A stretch of DNA of 64,000 nt from Betaproteobacteria bacterium Ga0077523. GTDB lineage: Bacteria; Pseudomonadota; Gammaproteobacteria; Burkholderiales; Ga0077523. The notes under the pieces were generated by a model. The model was not told the DNA's origin. It saw only the letters and a list, made by a program, of their open reading frames with translations, and did no database searches. Below are positions 27,704-38,340 of this stretch, in pieces (within the stretch, counting starts at the first letter, position 1; each line of letters begins with the position of its first letter). Both the position numbers and the translations under genes were made by a program. The stretch spans positions 4,748 through 68,747 of the forward strand of contig LNDQ01000104.1 in the NCBI GenBank assembly GCA_001464695.1, in the 5' to 3' direction.

Positions 27704-29374
27704 ATGCTGACCAGGCTCTCTGGTGCGCGCATCGTCGATCCGGCCCACGGCACACAACAGGACGTTCGCGATCTCTACGTGCGCGACGGCAGGATGGTGG
27801 ATCGGCCGCGCGACGGCGAACGGATCGACCGCACTTGGGACGCTGCCGGGACCATCGTGATGGCGGGCGCCATCGACCTGCACACCCACATCGGCGGCGG
27901 CAAGGTCAACATCGCCCGCGGGTTGCTGCCGGAACTGGGGCGGCAGCACAGCCTGGCGGCCACGGACGTATGTGGAGCCTGCACGATCGGTCCGGCGCCG
28001 TCGACGCTCGCCACCGGATACCGTTATGCAGCCATGGGCTACACCGCCTGCTTCGAGCCGGCGATGCTGCCCGTGAATGCACGCCAGGCGCACATGGAGA
28101 TGGGCGATACGCCGATCGTCGACAAGGGCGCTTACGCGATGCTCGGCAACGATGACTTCCTGCTGCGCCTGCTGGCCGATGGCGCGAACCGCGCCGAAAT
28201 CCGCGACTACGTCGCCTGGACACTGCACGCGACCCAGGCCATCGGCATCAAGGTGGTGAACGCCGGCGGTATCAGCGCCTTCAAGTTCAACCAGCGCAGC
28301 CTCGACGTGGACGAGGCGCACGTTCACTACGGGATCACGCCACGGACGATCCTGCGCGAACTGGCGCGGGCGGTGCACGATCTCGGCGTACCCCATCCGC
28401 TGCACGTGCACTCGAGCAACCTCGGCGTGCCCGGCAACGTCGACAGCACCCTTGCCACCATCGATGCGGCCGAAGGGCTGCCGATCCATCTTACGCACCT
28501 CCAGTTCCACAGCTACGGCACCGAAGGCGACCGCAAATTTTCGTCGGCCGCCGCGCGCATTGCCGAGAAGGTGAATGCGTCGCCGAACGTGAGCGTGGAC
28601 GTCGGGCAGATCCTGTTCGGCCAGACTGTCACGGCTTCCGGCGACAGCATGCTGCAGTGTCGCAACTCACGGCACGGACGGCCGCCCAAGTGGGTGGTGA
28701 TGGACATCGAATGCGACGCCGGTTGCGGGGTGGTGCCGTTTCGCTATCGCGATCGCGATTTCGTCAACGCGCTGCAATGGGCCATCGGTCTCGAGCTGTT
28801 CCTCATGATCCGCGATCCGTGGCGAGTGTTCCTCACCACCGATCATCCCAACGGCGGTCCGTTCACCAGCTATCCGCACCTCATCAAGCTGCTGATGGAT
28901 CGCAGCTTCCGCAACGGCGTGCTGGCCTCCATCAACCCTGAGGCGGCCGCCATGAGCGCGCTGGGCAGTCTCGAGCGCGAGTATTCGCTGCACGAGATCG
29001 CGATCATGACGCGCGCGGCGCCGGCCCGCATTCTCGGACTGGAGGACCAGGGTCACCTGGGGCCCGGGGCCGCGGCAAACATCGTCGTCTACGAGCCGCA
29101 TCCCGATCCCGAGGTCATGTTCGCGACACCGCGGTGGGTGTTCAAGGACGGCGAGCTGGTGGCGGAACGGGGCGAAGTGAAGACCGTCATTTGCGGCGCC
29201 ATTCACACGGTGAAGCCGGATTTCGACCGCGGCATCGAGCGCAAGCTGAAGGGCTGGTTCGAGCAACACCACACACAGTCGCTGTCGAGCTTCAAGATCG
29301 ACGACGAGGAAGTTTGCGAGTGCGGGCGCGCACCGCGGCTTGCCGTGCACGCTTGCCGGGCGCGGACCGCATGA
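27704..29374 (+). CDS. fhcA: formyltransferase/hydrolase complex subunit A (amidohydrolase)
   Basis: [26 protein letters not shown] and LTTDHPNGG motifs. Confidence 0.95.
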   Translation: MLTRLSGARIVDPAHGTQQDVRDLYVRDGRMVDRPRDGERIDRTWDAAGTIVMAGAIDLHTHIGGGKVNIARGLLPELGRQHSLAATDVCGACTIGPAPSTLATGYRYAAMGYTACFEPAMLPVNARQAHMEMGDTPIVDKGAYAMLGNDDFLLRLLADGANRAEIRDYVAWTLHATQAIGIKVVNAGGISAFKFNQRSLDVDEAHVHYGITPRTILRELARAVHDLGVPHPLHVHSSNLGVPGNVDSTLATIDAAEGLPIHLTHLQFHSYGTEGDRKFSSAAARIAEKVNASPNVSVDVGQILFGQTVTASGDSMLQCRNSRHGRPPKWVVMDIECDAGCGVVPFRYRDRDFVNALQWAIGLELFLMIRDPWRVFLTTDHPNGGPFTSYPHLIKLLMDRSFRNGVLASINPEAAAMSALGSLEREYSLHEIAIMTRAAPARILGLEDQGHLGPGAAANIVVYEPHPDPEVMFATPRWVFKDGELVAERGEVKTVICGAIHTVKPDFDRGIERKLKGWFEQHHTQSLSSFKIDDEEVCECGRAPRLAVHACRARTA

Positions 29375-30288
29375 ACGTCGCGGGCGAGATCGAAGGCGTT
29401 CCGATCGAGGACACGTTCGCCGAAGCCTTCGGCATGCGCGCCACGCGGCTCGTGATCACAGCCGAGACCCGGGCATGGGCGCGGCATGCGGCGGTCTCGG
29501 CCACTGGCTTCGCGACCTCTGTGATCGGCTGCGGCTGCGAGGCCGGGATCGAACGCGAGCTGACGGCACGCGAAACGCCGGACGGTCGCCCCGGGGTCGC
29601 GATCCTGATCTTCGCGATGTCGTCCAAGGACCTGCAGAAGCATCTCGAGCGGCGTGCCGGGCAATGCGTGCTGACCTGTCCCACTACGGCGGCGTTCAAC
29701 GGTGTGCCGAAAGAGATTGCCCACGAGTGGCTGCAGCTAGGTGGCGCGCTGCGCTATTTCGGCGACGGCTGGCAGATCTCCAAGCTGATCGGCGGCAAGC
29801 GCTACTGGCGCATTCCCGTGATGGACGGCGAGTTCGTGTGCGAGGAGAAGGCCGGGCTCGTGAAGGGCATCGGCGGCGGAAACTTCCTGATCCTCGCGGC
29901 CGATGGTGACAGTGCGCGCGGTGCGGCGGAGCGCGCCGTCGCGGCCATGCGCAAGGTGCGCAACGTGATCCTGCCGTTTCCGGGCGGGGTGGTGCGTTCG
30001 GGATCGAAGGTGGGATCGAAGTACAAGGCGCTGATCGCTTCGACCAATGACGCGTACTGCCCGACGCTCGTGGGATTGACCAGGTCGGCATTGCCCGAAG
30101 GCACGGGGGCAGTGCTGGAGATCGTGATCGACGGGCTGGATGCGGCGAGCATCGCTCAAGCCATGGATGTGGGCATCCGCGCCGCCTGCCATGGCGGCAC
30201 CGACGCCGGCGTGGTGGGCATCACGGCCGGCAACTATGGTGGCAAGCTCGGACCGCATCACTTCCATCTGAAGGCGCTGTTCGCGTGA
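29371..30288 (+). CDS. fhcD: formylmethanofuran:H4MPT formyltransferase
   Basis: [22 protein letters not shown] and AGNYGGKLG motifs. Confidence 0.95.
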   Translation: MNVAGEIEGVPIEDTFAEAFGMRATRLVITAETRAWARHAAVSATGFATSVIGCGCEAGIERELTARETPDGRPGVAILIFAMSSKDLQKHLERRAGQCVLTCPTTAAFNGVPKEIAHEWLQLGGALRYFGDGWQISKLIGGKRYWRIPVMDGEFVCEEKAGLVKGIGGGNFLILAADGDSARGAAERAVAAMRKVRNVILPFPGGVVRSGSKVGSKYKALIASTNDAYCPTLVGLTRSALPEGTGAVLEIVIDGLDAASIAQAMDVGIRAACHGGTDAGVVGITAGNYGGKLGPHHFHLKALFA

Positions 30289-31109
30289 GCGCGCTCAAGT
30301 TCGTGCTCAGGCATTCGCCGCCGAGTGCGGTCGACGTCTCCGGTCTCCGGCCGGCCATGCTCGCCGGCAAGTCGCGCAAGGAGATCGCGCAGCTGTCGCT
30401 GACCGGATGGAACGAGGTCCATCGGGTAGGGGATCTGTTTGCGGTCCGTGGTGACGACGCGCAAAGGATCGTGATCGATGGTGCCGATGAGCGGCTGGTG
30501 CGCATCGGGGCGGGGCTCGACAGTGGCGAGCTGACGGTCGTGGGTGCTGCTGGCGACTATCTGGGCGAGTCGATGCGCGGCGGATCGATCGTGGTGCGCG
30601 GCGATGCCGGTGCGCTGATCGGTGCCGGCATGCGCGGCGGTCGCATTGACGTATCCGGCAATGTGGGTGCGTTCGCGGGCTCCGGCCGTGCGGGGACTCT
30701 GCAGGGAATGGCCGGTGGGGTGATCGTCGTGCGCGGCAACGCCGGCGACCGCGCGGCCGATCGGATGCGGCGCGGGCTGCTGCTCATCGAGGGCAACGCG
30801 GGCGACTACTGTGCGTCGCGCATGCTGGCCGGAACCACGGTGGTACTCGGCCGGGTCGGAATCGATGCAGGCTACCTCATGCGTCGCGGGACGCTGGTAC
30901 TGGGCCGCTCACCCCACGAGCTACTGCCGACGTTCAATCACAACGGCTGGCACGACCTGCTGGCGATCCGACTGCTGCTCGAGTCGCTCGCCGTGTACGG
31001 CAAACGCTTCCAGTCGTTCGCGCGGAGTCGGCCTTCGCTGTCACGGTGGTTGGGTGACCTCGGGTGCGACGGGAAGGGGGAGATCCTGATCGCGCCGGGG
31101 CGGCCGTGA
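30285..31109 (+). CDS. fhcC: formyltransferase/hydrolase complex subunit C
   Basis: repeated GxxMxGG beta-helix motifs, MRRG and GKGEI. Confidence 0.93.
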   Translation: MSALKFVLRHSPPSAVDVSGLRPAMLAGKSRKEIAQLSLTGWNEVHRVGDLFAVRGDDAQRIVIDGADERLVRIGAGLDSGELTVVGAAGDYLGESMRGGSIVVRGDAGALIGAGMRGGRIDVSGNVGAFAGSGRAGTLQGMAGGVIVVRGNAGDRAADRMRRGLLLIEGNAGDYCASRMLAGTTVVLGRVGIDAGYLMRRGTLVLGRSPHELLPTFNHNGWHDLLAIRLLLESLAVYGKRFQSFARSRPSLSRWLGDLGCDGKGEILIAPGRP

Positions 31110-31199
31110 GCAGGCTCTTGACACATGAGGCGGGCTGACCAGACCGGGGGCCTGTGATGCGACAGTCAGCCGGGAAGACGGGATTGGGATGATTGGTTG

Positions 31200-31280
31200 C
31201 AAGACCTGACCCCATTTATGACCCCATTTAACCAAGACCTGACCCCATTCAACTTGCCCATTTAACTGACCCAATTGACT
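31200..31280. repeat. AT-enriched cluster of short direct repeats (TGACCCCATT core)
   Basis: caagacctgaccccatt at 31200 and 31233; tgaccccattta at 31219; degenerate copies at about 31255 and 31267. Confidence 0.8.
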
Positions 31281-31299
31281 GCTTCGCGGCCTTCGGCAG

Positions 31300-31710
31300 C
31301 TACCTCCGCCGCTGCGTCTCGTACCCCACCACGCAATCGCGATGCGCCTCCAGCTTCGCGATCTGCAACCGCAGCCCTTGTACCTGCGGATATTCGAAGC
31401 ACATCGCCACGATGCGCTCGGCGAGGGTCTCCAGCAGATTGATATGCCCGGCACCGACGATGTCGAGGATGCCCTGCCGCAGCCGGTCGTAGTCGAGCAC
31501 TTCCTCCAGGCGGTCGTGCCACTCGAATGGCGGCTGCAGCTCGATGCGCAGATCGAACCGCAGGTTCTGGGGGTGGCCTTGTTCCTGGGGGTACACGCCG
31601 ATGTCCACCGGGATCACGAGGTCGCGGATGATGAGCGCGCGCACGTCGCGGTCGTCTTCGCGGTTCCACACCAGCGGATGCAGCTGGTACAGGGGTTCCT
31701 TCATGTCCAT
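31300..31710 (-). CDS. folB: dihydroneopterin aldolase
   Basis: IGVYPQE, VLDYD and LLETLAE motifs. Confidence 0.85.
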   Translation of the reverse strand: MDMKEPLYQLHPLVWNREDDRDVRALIIRDLVIPVDIGVYPQEQGHPQNLRFDLRIELQPPFEWHDRLEEVLDYDRLRQGILDIVGAGHINLLETLAERIVAMCFEYPQVQGLRLQIAKLEAHRDCVVGYETQRRR

Positions 31711-31809
31711 GGGAACGTCGCTCGCGCGTGTCGGGGTGGGGCCGGAATGCTACACCAGGGGGCGATCGGGTAAAGTGGCACACGACGCACCGAGCACGGA
31801 GCGAACGCC

Positions 31810-32190
31810 ATGGAACGCAAGAAGCAGGATCCGTACACCGAGAGCGAGATCAAGCAGCGGCTGGAGCGCGATCTGCCGCAGTGGTACTTCGAGGAAGGCT
31901 GGATCCGCCGCAAGTACCGCACCGAAGGCTGGAAGGGCACGCTGATGGTGGTGAACACGGTCGGCCATCTGGCCGAGGCGGCATGGCATCACCCCGATCT
32001 CACCGTGTCCTATGCATTCGTGATCGTGAAGCTGCAGAGCCACGACGCGAAGGGCATCACCGATCGCGATTTCGAGTTGGCGCAGAAGATCGAAGAGGTG
32101 GTGCACTGGCAGCCGGCCAAGGCGGGCGGAGCCCTTACCGGCACGCCGGCCGACGACCAGCGCTTCCGCTACATCAAGTACGACTACTGA
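31810..32190 (+). CDS. pterin-4a-carbinolamine dehydratase (PcbD)
   Basis: AEAAWHHPDL and HDAKGITDRDFELA motifs. Confidence 0.9.
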   Translation: MERKKQDPYTESEIKQRLERDLPQWYFEEGWIRRKYRTEGWKGTLMVVNTVGHLAEAAWHHPDLTVSYAFVIVKLQSHDAKGITDRDFELAQKIEEVVHWQPAKAGGALTGTPADDQRFRYIKYDY

Positions 32191-32201
32191 AGCGACGCGC
32201 C

Positions 32202-32798
32202 ATGGATCGACCGGAACGACCGCGCCTCGCCTGGGGTCTCACCGGCTCGGGCCATTACCTGCGCGAATGCCTCGACCTCGCCAACGAGCTCGAGGACGTG
32301 GATCTGTTTCTGTCGCGCGCCGGCGAGGAGGTGCTGCACATGTACGGGCATCCGCTCACGGGCCTGCGCGAGGGCTTTCGCATCTTCCGCGACAACACGG
32401 CGAGCGCCGCACCGGTGGGTCTTTTCTATCACGGGCACTACCACACGGTGGTGATCGCGCCGGCCACCTCGAACACGGTCGCGAAATGCGTGGCCGGCAT
32501 CTCGGATTCGCTACCGACCAACATCTTCGCCCAGGCGGGCAAGTGCCGCATTCCCTCCATCGTGTTCGCTTGCGATACGGCACCGCAGATGGAGACCGAG
32601 TCGCCGAGCGACTGGGTGACCGTATATCCGCGACCGATCGACCTCGAGAACACGCGCCGCCTCACCGATTTCGATCAGGTGGTAGTGGTCGAGACTTTCG
32701 ATGCCTTGCAGGCGGCACTGCGCACGCGCCTCGCCGCCGTTGAACGGGAGCTCGGTGCGACCGCACCCGCAAGGCAGCGGAGCGGCCTCGCGACGTGA
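32202..32798 (+). CDS. archaeal-flavoprotein-like dihydromethanopterin reductase (AfpA/DmrB type)
   Basis: AWGLTGSGH, APATSNTVAK, AQAGKCR and VYPRPID motifs. Confidence 0.85.
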   Translation: MDRPERPRLAWGLTGSGHYLRECLDLANELEDVDLFLSRAGEEVLHMYGHPLTGLREGFRIFRDNTASAAPVGLFYHGHYHTVVIAPATSNTVAKCVAGISDSLPTNIFAQAGKCRIPSIVFACDTAPQMETESPSDWVTVYPRPIDLENTRRLTDFDQVVVVETFDALQAALRTRLAAVERELGATAPARQRSGLAT

Positions 32799-34213
32799 GT
32801 GCGGCGGAGGGCCAGGAGCGCATCCTGTTCCTGACGGGCAGGCTGGCGGAAAAGAGCCTGCGGCGCACCCTCGGTGCCATGGCCGCGCCGCCCTTCGAGT
32901 GGGAAGTGCGCGAGCTGGGCTTGAGCGTCGCGGCGTTGATGACTGCCGACATGATCGGCCGGCGCCTTGCCGATGCGCCGGGGTTCGACCGGATCGTCGT
33001 GCCGGGCCGCTGCCGCGGCGATCTCGATCCTGTCGCGAGGCAACTGGGCGTGCCCGTGGTGCGCGGCCCCGAGGAGTTGGTGGACCTGCCGAAGTTCTTC
33101 GGGCGCGCCGCTGAGGCACGCGACCTGTCGCGGTACGAGGCACGACTGTTCGTCGAGATCATCGATGCACCGCAACTCAGCGTGGAGGTGATCGGCCAGC
33201 GCGCGCGGGAGCTTGCCGCGCAGGGGGCGGACGTCATCGATCTCGGTTGCCTGCCCGCCACACCGTTTCCCCACCTCGAGGAGGCGGTGGCACATGTGAA
33301 ATCGCTCGGGTTCGCCGTCAGTGTCGATTCGCTCGAGACGGATGAATTGCTGCGCGGCGGCAAGGCGGGTGCGGATTTTCTGCTGAGTCTGAAGGAAGAC
33401 ACGCTGTGGATCGCCGACGAAGTGGCTGCCACCCCGATCCTGATCCCGACCGAGGCGGGCGATCTCGCTTCGCTCGAGCGGGCGATGGCGCTGCTCGATC
33501 ACAAGGGCCGGCGCTATCTCGCCGATCCGATCCTCGACCCGATCCACTTCGGGTTCACCGACTCGATCGCTCGCTACCACGCGTTGCGGGCAGCCCATCC
33601 GGACGCCGGCATCATGATGGGCATCGGCAACGTGACCGAACTCACTCACGCCGACACCATGGGCATGAACGCACTGCTGTTCGGCATCGTGTCGGAGCTG
33701 CACATCGATGCGGTGCTGGTGGTGCAGGTGAGCGAACACGCGCGATCGGTCGTGCGCGAAGCTGACGCGGCACGCCGCATCATGTTCGCGGCGCGGGAGG
33801 AAGGCGCACTACCGAAGGATGTTTCCGGCGTACTGATGGCGCTGCACGAGAAGAAGCCGTTCGTGCACGACGTCGACGAGATCGCCGAGCTGGCGGCGGC
33901 GGTGCGCGATCCCAACTTCCGCGTGATGGCCGCACCCGATGGCATGCACGTCTTCAACCGCGACGGTCATCGCGTGGCCACCGATCCGTTCGCGTTCTGG
34001 CCCGAACTGGGACTCGAGCACGACGCGGCACACGCTTTCTACCTGGGCGTGGAACTGGCGCGGGCGCAGATCGGCTGGCAACTCGGCAAACGCTATGTGC
34101 AGGACGAGGCACTGCGGTGGGGAGCGGCGTTGCCGCCGTCGGCGGAGAGCCTGCTCGAACCGAAGGCGCCTGGTGCGACCCTGGCCCACGGCCGACGCAA
34201 GCGCTCGTCATGA
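32795..34213 (+). CDS. dihydropteroate synthase-like protein (Orf20, DUF6513/DUF4346 type)
   Basis: FLTGRLAE, DVIDLGCLP, DPILDPIHFG and HAFYLGVELARA motifs. Confidence 0.85.
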   Translation: MSAAEGQERILFLTGRLAEKSLRRTLGAMAAPPFEWEVRELGLSVAALMTADMIGRRLADAPGFDRIVVPGRCRGDLDPVARQLGVPVVRGPEELVDLPKFFGRAAEARDLSRYEARLFVEIIDAPQLSVEVIGQRARELAAQGADVIDLGCLPATPFPHLEEAVAHVKSLGFAVSVDSLETDELLRGGKAGADFLLSLKEDTLWIADEVAATPILIPTEAGDLASLERAMALLDHKGRRYLADPILDPIHFGFTDSIARYHALRAAHPDAGIMMGIGNVTELTHADTMGMNALLFGIVSELHIDAVLVVQVSEHARSVVREADAARRIMFAAREEGALPKDVSGVLMALHEKKPFVHDVDEIAELAAAVRDPNFRVMAAPDGMHVFNRDGHRVATDPFAFWPELGLEHDAAHAFYLGVELARAQIGWQLGKRYVQDEALRWGAALPPSAESLLEPKAPGATLAHGRRKRSS

Positions 34214-34223
34214 GGCCGCTGCG

Positions 34224-34796
34224 ATGATCTGGGAAACAGTGGTGACGACGCGCGCGCCGGACGGTCGAGTGCACATCGCGCCGATGGGCATCCGAATCGA
34301 GGGGGGGCGGGTCGTCCTTGCGCCGTTTCGACCGTCCACGACGCTCGACAACGTCCTGGCCACCGGCGTCGCGACCGTCAACATGACCGACGATGTGCGC
34401 ATCTTCGCGGGCTGCCTCACCGGACGCCACGACTGGCCGACCGTGGCGTGCGAGCGCATCGCCTGCGTGCGCCTGGCCGATCCGCTCGCGCATCGGGAAC
34501 TGAAGCTCGCACGCGTCGAGGACGACGCCACGCGTCCCCGGCTGCTGTGCGACATCGTGTTCGAACGCACGCACCGCCCTTTCGCCGGTTTCAATCGCGC
34601 GCAGGCCGCCGTGGTGGAGGCGGCGATCCTGGTGAGCCGGCTCGAAATGCTGCCGGCGGACAAGATCGACGCCGAGCTCGCCTACCTGACGATTGCCATC
34701 GAGAAGACCGCCGGGCCGGCCGAACGCGAGGCCTGGAGTTGGCTGACAGCTCGCATCGCGCAGTTCCGCGGTGGCGGTCGTCAAGAAAAAATCTGA
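34224..34796 (+). CDS. DUF447 family protein (Orf19)
   Basis: ETVVTT, HIAPMG, GFNRAQAAVVE and IEKTAG motifs. Confidence 0.85.
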   Translation: MIWETVVTTRAPDGRVHIAPMGIRIEGGRVVLAPFRPSTTLDNVLATGVATVNMTDDVRIFAGCLTGRHDWPTVACERIACVRLADPLAHRELKLARVEDDATRPRLLCDIVFERTHRPFAGFNRAQAAVVEAAILVSRLEMLPADKIDAELAYLTIAIEKTAGPAEREAWSWLTARIAQFRGGGRQEKI

Positions 34797-35177
34797 CAGT
34801 TCTGGCGCGGACCAGCTACCTCGATCCCTCTGGGAGTGGCGTTTTCCGCACTCAGAAATCTTCCCGCCAAAGGGCCATGTCGGGACTTGGATGCGGCGAC
34901 GCAACATCCTGAATGATTGGACAAATGTTCCTTGTCTCGCGTTGACCCGCTCAGGGCGATGTGCTTAGATCATCGCGTCCCTGCCTGGGAAGTAAATCTG
35001 CAGTTGCGTGGCTCCCGAAGTCGGCGAAGCTCATGCGTTTCCGACTTTGCGGTCAACCGCCTTCACGGCGGCATCGGTGGAGCAAGAACCGGGGGCAGTA
35101 ACGATGTGAAGAGTGGTGACCCGTCGTGCCGGGCCGCCTCGATTTTCATTCGGAAAAATCTCGGGAGGAGTGACGCA

Positions 35178-36986
35178 ATGAAGTGCACCTATAAACAGGT
35201 AGTGTTTTCGCTCGCGCTCGCAACGACCCCGCTGGCGGCGTTCGCGAATGCGGACGTCGAGAAGCTGACCGCAGACCCGAAGAACTGGGCGATGCAGGCC
35301 GGCGATATGTACAACCAGCGCTACAGCAAGTTGAAGCAGGTCAACGACAGCAACGTCAACAAGTTGCAGGTCGCATGGATGTTCTCGACCGGTGTACTGC
35401 GCGGGCATGAAGGTTCGCCCCTGGTGATCGGCGACATGATGTACCTCCATTCGCCGTTCCCCAACAAGGTGTTCGCGATGGACCTGAACACCAACAAGAT
35501 CGTGTGGAAGTACGAGCCGAAGCAGGATCCGGCCGTCATTCCGCAGATGTGCTGCGACACGGTCAACCGGGGTCTGGCCTATGGCGAAGGCAAGGTGATC
35601 CTGCAGCAGGCCGACAGTACCCTGGTCGCCCTGGACGCCAAGACCGGCAAGGTGGTGTGGTCGGTGAAGAACGGCGATCCGAAGCTGGGTGCCGTCAACA
35701 CCAACGCCCCGCACATCTTCAAGGACAAGGTGATCACCGGCATCAGCGGCGGCGAGTGGGGTGTGCGCGGTTTCGTCGCGGCCTACAACCTCAAGGACGG
35801 CAAGATGGCCTGGAAGGGCTACAGCGTCGGTCCGGACGAGGAGATGCTGATCGATCCGAACACCACGACCACGTGGGCCGACGGCAAGGTCACGCCGGTG
35901 GGTGCCGATTCCTCGCTGAAGACCTGGAAAGAGGATCAGTGGAAGATCGGCGGCGGCACCACCTGGGGCTGGTACAGCTACGACAAGGCGCTCAACCTGA
36001 TGTACTACGGCACGGGCAACCCGAGCACGTGGAATCCGGCCCAGCGTCCCGGCGACAACAAGTGGAGCATGACCATCTTCGCGCGTGACGTCGACACCGG
36101 CAAGGCGAAGTGGGTCTACCAGATGACGCCGTACGACGAGTGGGATTTCGACGGCATCAACGAGATGATCCTCGCCGACATCAACGTGAAGGGCAAGGCC
36201 ACCAAGGCGCTGGTGCACTTCGACCGCAACGGCTTCGGCTACACGCTCGACCGTACCAACGGCGCGCTGCTGGTGGCCGAGAAGTACGACCCGAAGGTGA
36301 ACTGGGCCACGCACGTCGACATGAAGTCCGGTCGGCCGCAAGTGGTCGCGAAGTACAGCACCGCGCAGAACGGTCCCGACGTCAACACCAAGGGCGTGTG
36401 TCCTGCAGCCCTCGGCAGCAAGGACCAGCAACCGGCTGCGTACTCGCCCGACACCAAGCTCTTCTACGTCCCGACCAACCACGTGTGCATGGACTACGAG
36501 CCGTTCGCGGTCGAGTACACCGCGGGTCAGCCGTATGTGGGTGCGACGCTGTCCATGTACCCGGCGCCCGGCAGCCATGGCGGCATGGGCAACTTCATCG
36601 CCTGGGACGCGGGCGCTGGCAAGATCGTCTATTCCATTCCCGAGAAGTTCTCGGTGTGGAGCGGCGCACTCGCCACCGCCGGCAACCTGGTGTTCTACGG
36701 AACGCTCGAGGGCTACATCAAGGCGATCCGCAAGAGCGACGGCAAGGAGCTCTGGAAGTTCAAGACGCCGTCCGGGATCATCGGCAACGTCTTCACCTAC
36801 GAGCACAAGGGCAAGCAGTACGTGGGCGTCTTCTCGGGCATCGGCGGCTGGGCCGGCATCGGCATGGCGGCGGGTCTCGAGAAGGACACCGACGGCCTCG
36901 GCGCCGTGGGCGGCTATCGCGAGCTGAATCAGTACACGGATCTGGGCGGTTCGCTCACCGTGTTCGCGATTCCCGGCGGTAACTGA
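35178..36986 (+). CDS. xoxF: lanthanide-dependent PQQ methanol dehydrogenase (probably XoxF5 clade)
   Basis: RGHEG, vicinal MCCD and DEWDFDG with the extra lanthanide-binding Asp; signal peptide; no mxaI nearby. Confidence 0.95.
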   Translation: MKCTYKQVVFSLALATTPLAAFANADVEKLTADPKNWAMQAGDMYNQRYSKLKQVNDSNVNKLQVAWMFSTGVLRGHEGSPLVIGDMMYLHSPFPNKVFAMDLNTNKIVWKYEPKQDPAVIPQMCCDTVNRGLAYGEGKVILQQADSTLVALDAKTGKVVWSVKNGDPKLGAVNTNAPHIFKDKVITGISGGEWGVRGFVAAYNLKDGKMAWKGYSVGPDEEMLIDPNTTTTWADGKVTPVGADSSLKTWKEDQWKIGGGTTWGWYSYDKALNLMYYGTGNPSTWNPAQRPGDNKWSMTIFARDVDTGKAKWVYQMTPYDEWDFDGINEMILADINVKGKATKALVHFDRNGFGYTLDRTNGALLVAEKYDPKVNWATHVDMKSGRPQVVAKYSTAQNGPDVNTKGVCPAALGSKDQQPAAYSPDTKLFYVPTNHVCMDYEPFAVEYTAGQPYVGATLSMYPAPGSHGGMGNFIAWDAGAGKIVYSIPEKFSVWSGALATAGNLVFYGTLEGYIKAIRKSDGKELWKFKTPSGIIGNVFTYEHKGKQYVGVFSGIGGWAGIGMAAGLEKDTDGLGAVGGYRELNQYTDLGGSLTVFAIPGGN

Positions 36987-37019
36987 CGGTTCGATCCTTC
37001 GCGGATCGTCATCGGTAAC

Positions 37020-37054
37020 GGCATCCCGCACGTTGGTGCGGGATGCCTTGTTTT
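37020..37054 (+). terminator. intrinsic terminator/attenuator between xoxF and xoxG
   Basis: ggcatcccgcac-gttg-gtgcgggatgcc followed by ttgtttt. Confidence 0.75.
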
Positions 37055-37075
37055 CATCGTACGAAGGAGCTTCGA

Positions 37076-37483
37076 ATGCATCGAGTGATACTCGCGGCGG
37101 CACTTGCCTGTGCGTCCGCGGCGGTGGTCCTGGCCGAGGACAAGGCAGGCACCGTGAAGACCGAGCTGTACACCGTCGTCGACGGCTACAAGGTGGATGG
37201 CAATACCATGAAGGGCTTTCGCACCTGGCGCGCCGCCGCCTGTGATCGCTGTCACGGCGCGAACCAGGAGGGACTGGTCGGTCCTTCCCTGATCGCCAGC
37301 CTGAAAGTCCTCACCAAGGACGAGTTCAAGACCACGGTCGTCGAGGGCCGGCTCGAGAAGGGCATGGTGGCGTTCAAGACCAGCCAGCAGGTCATGGACA
37401 ATCTCGACAACCTGTACGCGTATCTCAAGGGTCGTTCCGACGGAGCCATCACGCGCACCAAGGTCGAGGAGTTGAAAGAGTGA
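37076..37483 (+). CDS. xoxG: cytochrome c, XoxG-like electron acceptor
   Basis: signal peptide, CDRCH, GPSL and distal Met in KGM; directly after xoxF. Confidence 0.8.
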   Translation: MHRVILAAALACASAAVVLAEDKAGTVKTELYTVVDGYKVDGNTMKGFRTWRAAACDRCHGANQEGLVGPSLIASLKVLTKDEFKTTVVEGRLEKGMVAFKTSQQVMDNLDNLYAYLKGRSDGAITRTKVEELKE

Positions 37484-38340
37484 GCTGCCGCGCCGTGCTG
37501 CGCGGCGTCTGCATGGCGATCGCCGGTGCGGCCGCGCTGTCTGGCGCCGGCGCGATGGCCGAAGATGCTCCCGAGCGCAAGGCGTTCCGCGTCTGCAGCG
37601 ACCCCGCCAACCTGCCGTTCTCGAACCAGGCCGGCGAGGGCTTCGAGAACAAGATCGCGGAGCTGCTTGCCGGCAGGATCGGGCTGCCGCTCGAGTACTA
37701 CTACTTTCCCCAGCGCATGAACTTCGTGCGCAACACGCTGCGCTTCAAGCTGCCTGACGAGGATTACCGGTGCGACGTCATCATGGGCGTGCCGGTCGGA
37801 TTCGAGCAGGTCGCCGCCACCCCGGCGTACTTCCGCTCGACCTATGCGCTGGTCTACGCCAAGGGGCGCAAGCTCGATGGCGTGAGTTCCGCAGCGGATC
37901 TGCTGGCGCTTGGCGAGAAACTTAAATCGATTCGGATCGGTGTATACGACCGCTCGCCCGGCACAGCGTGGCTGGCGCACCACGGCATCGTCGACTCCGG
38001 CGTGCCGTATCGCATGATGAATGCACGGCCCGATTTCTACCCGGGCGAGATCGTCGAGAAGGATGTCGTGGCTGGCGACATCGACGCGGCGATCGTCTGG
38101 GGCCCGGTCGCGGGCTACGCGGCGCGCCGGGTCACCGGTGTCGAACTGGTCGTCGTCCCCCTCAAGTCGGAGCCGGGCGTCAAGTTCGACTTCGCCGTCG
38201 CCATGGGCGTGCGGTTCGGGGAACCGAACTGGAAGCGCACCATCGAAACCCTCATCGCCGAGAATCAGGCACAGATACTGCAGATATTGCGGGAGTATCG
38301 TGTGCCTCTGGTGGATGAGCATGGAAATCCGGTTCCCTGA
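37480..38340 (+). CDS. xoxJ: XoxJ/MxaJ-like periplasmic binding protein
   Basis: RVCSDPANLPFSN, GFENKIAE and IVWGPVAGY motifs. Confidence 0.85.
   Translation: MSCRAVLRGVCMAIAGAAALSGAGAMAEDAPERKAFRVCSDPANLPFSNQAGEGFENKIAELLAGRIGLPLEYYYFPQRMNFVRNTLRFKLPDEDYRCDVIMGVPVGFEQVAATPAYFRSTYALVYAKGRKLDGVSSAADLLALGEKLKSIRIGVYDRSPGTAWLAHHGIVDSGVPYRMMNARPDFYPGEIVEKDVVAGDIDAAIVWGPVAGYAARRVTGVELVVVPLKSEPGVKFDFAVAMGVRFGEPNWKRTIETLIAENQAQILQILREYRVPLVDEHGNPVP

Noticed and set aside
31200-31280. Possible CRISPR mini-array
   Set aside because: Units are 10-17 bp with gaps under 20 bp, spacing is irregular, and no cas genes are present.
15140-34796. H4MPT/methanofuran island as a novel system or sign of methanogenesis
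   Set aside because: Well-described bacterial formaldehyde-oxidation module; no mcr, mtr or mer genes.
35178-36986. Calcium-dependent MxaF
   Set aside because: It has WDFDG with the lanthanide-binding Asp rather than Ala, and there is no mxaI or mxaACKL.
35031-37103. 690-aa minus-strand ORF opposite xoxF
   Set aside because: Antisense shadow of a strongly codon-biased gene; no recognisable motifs.
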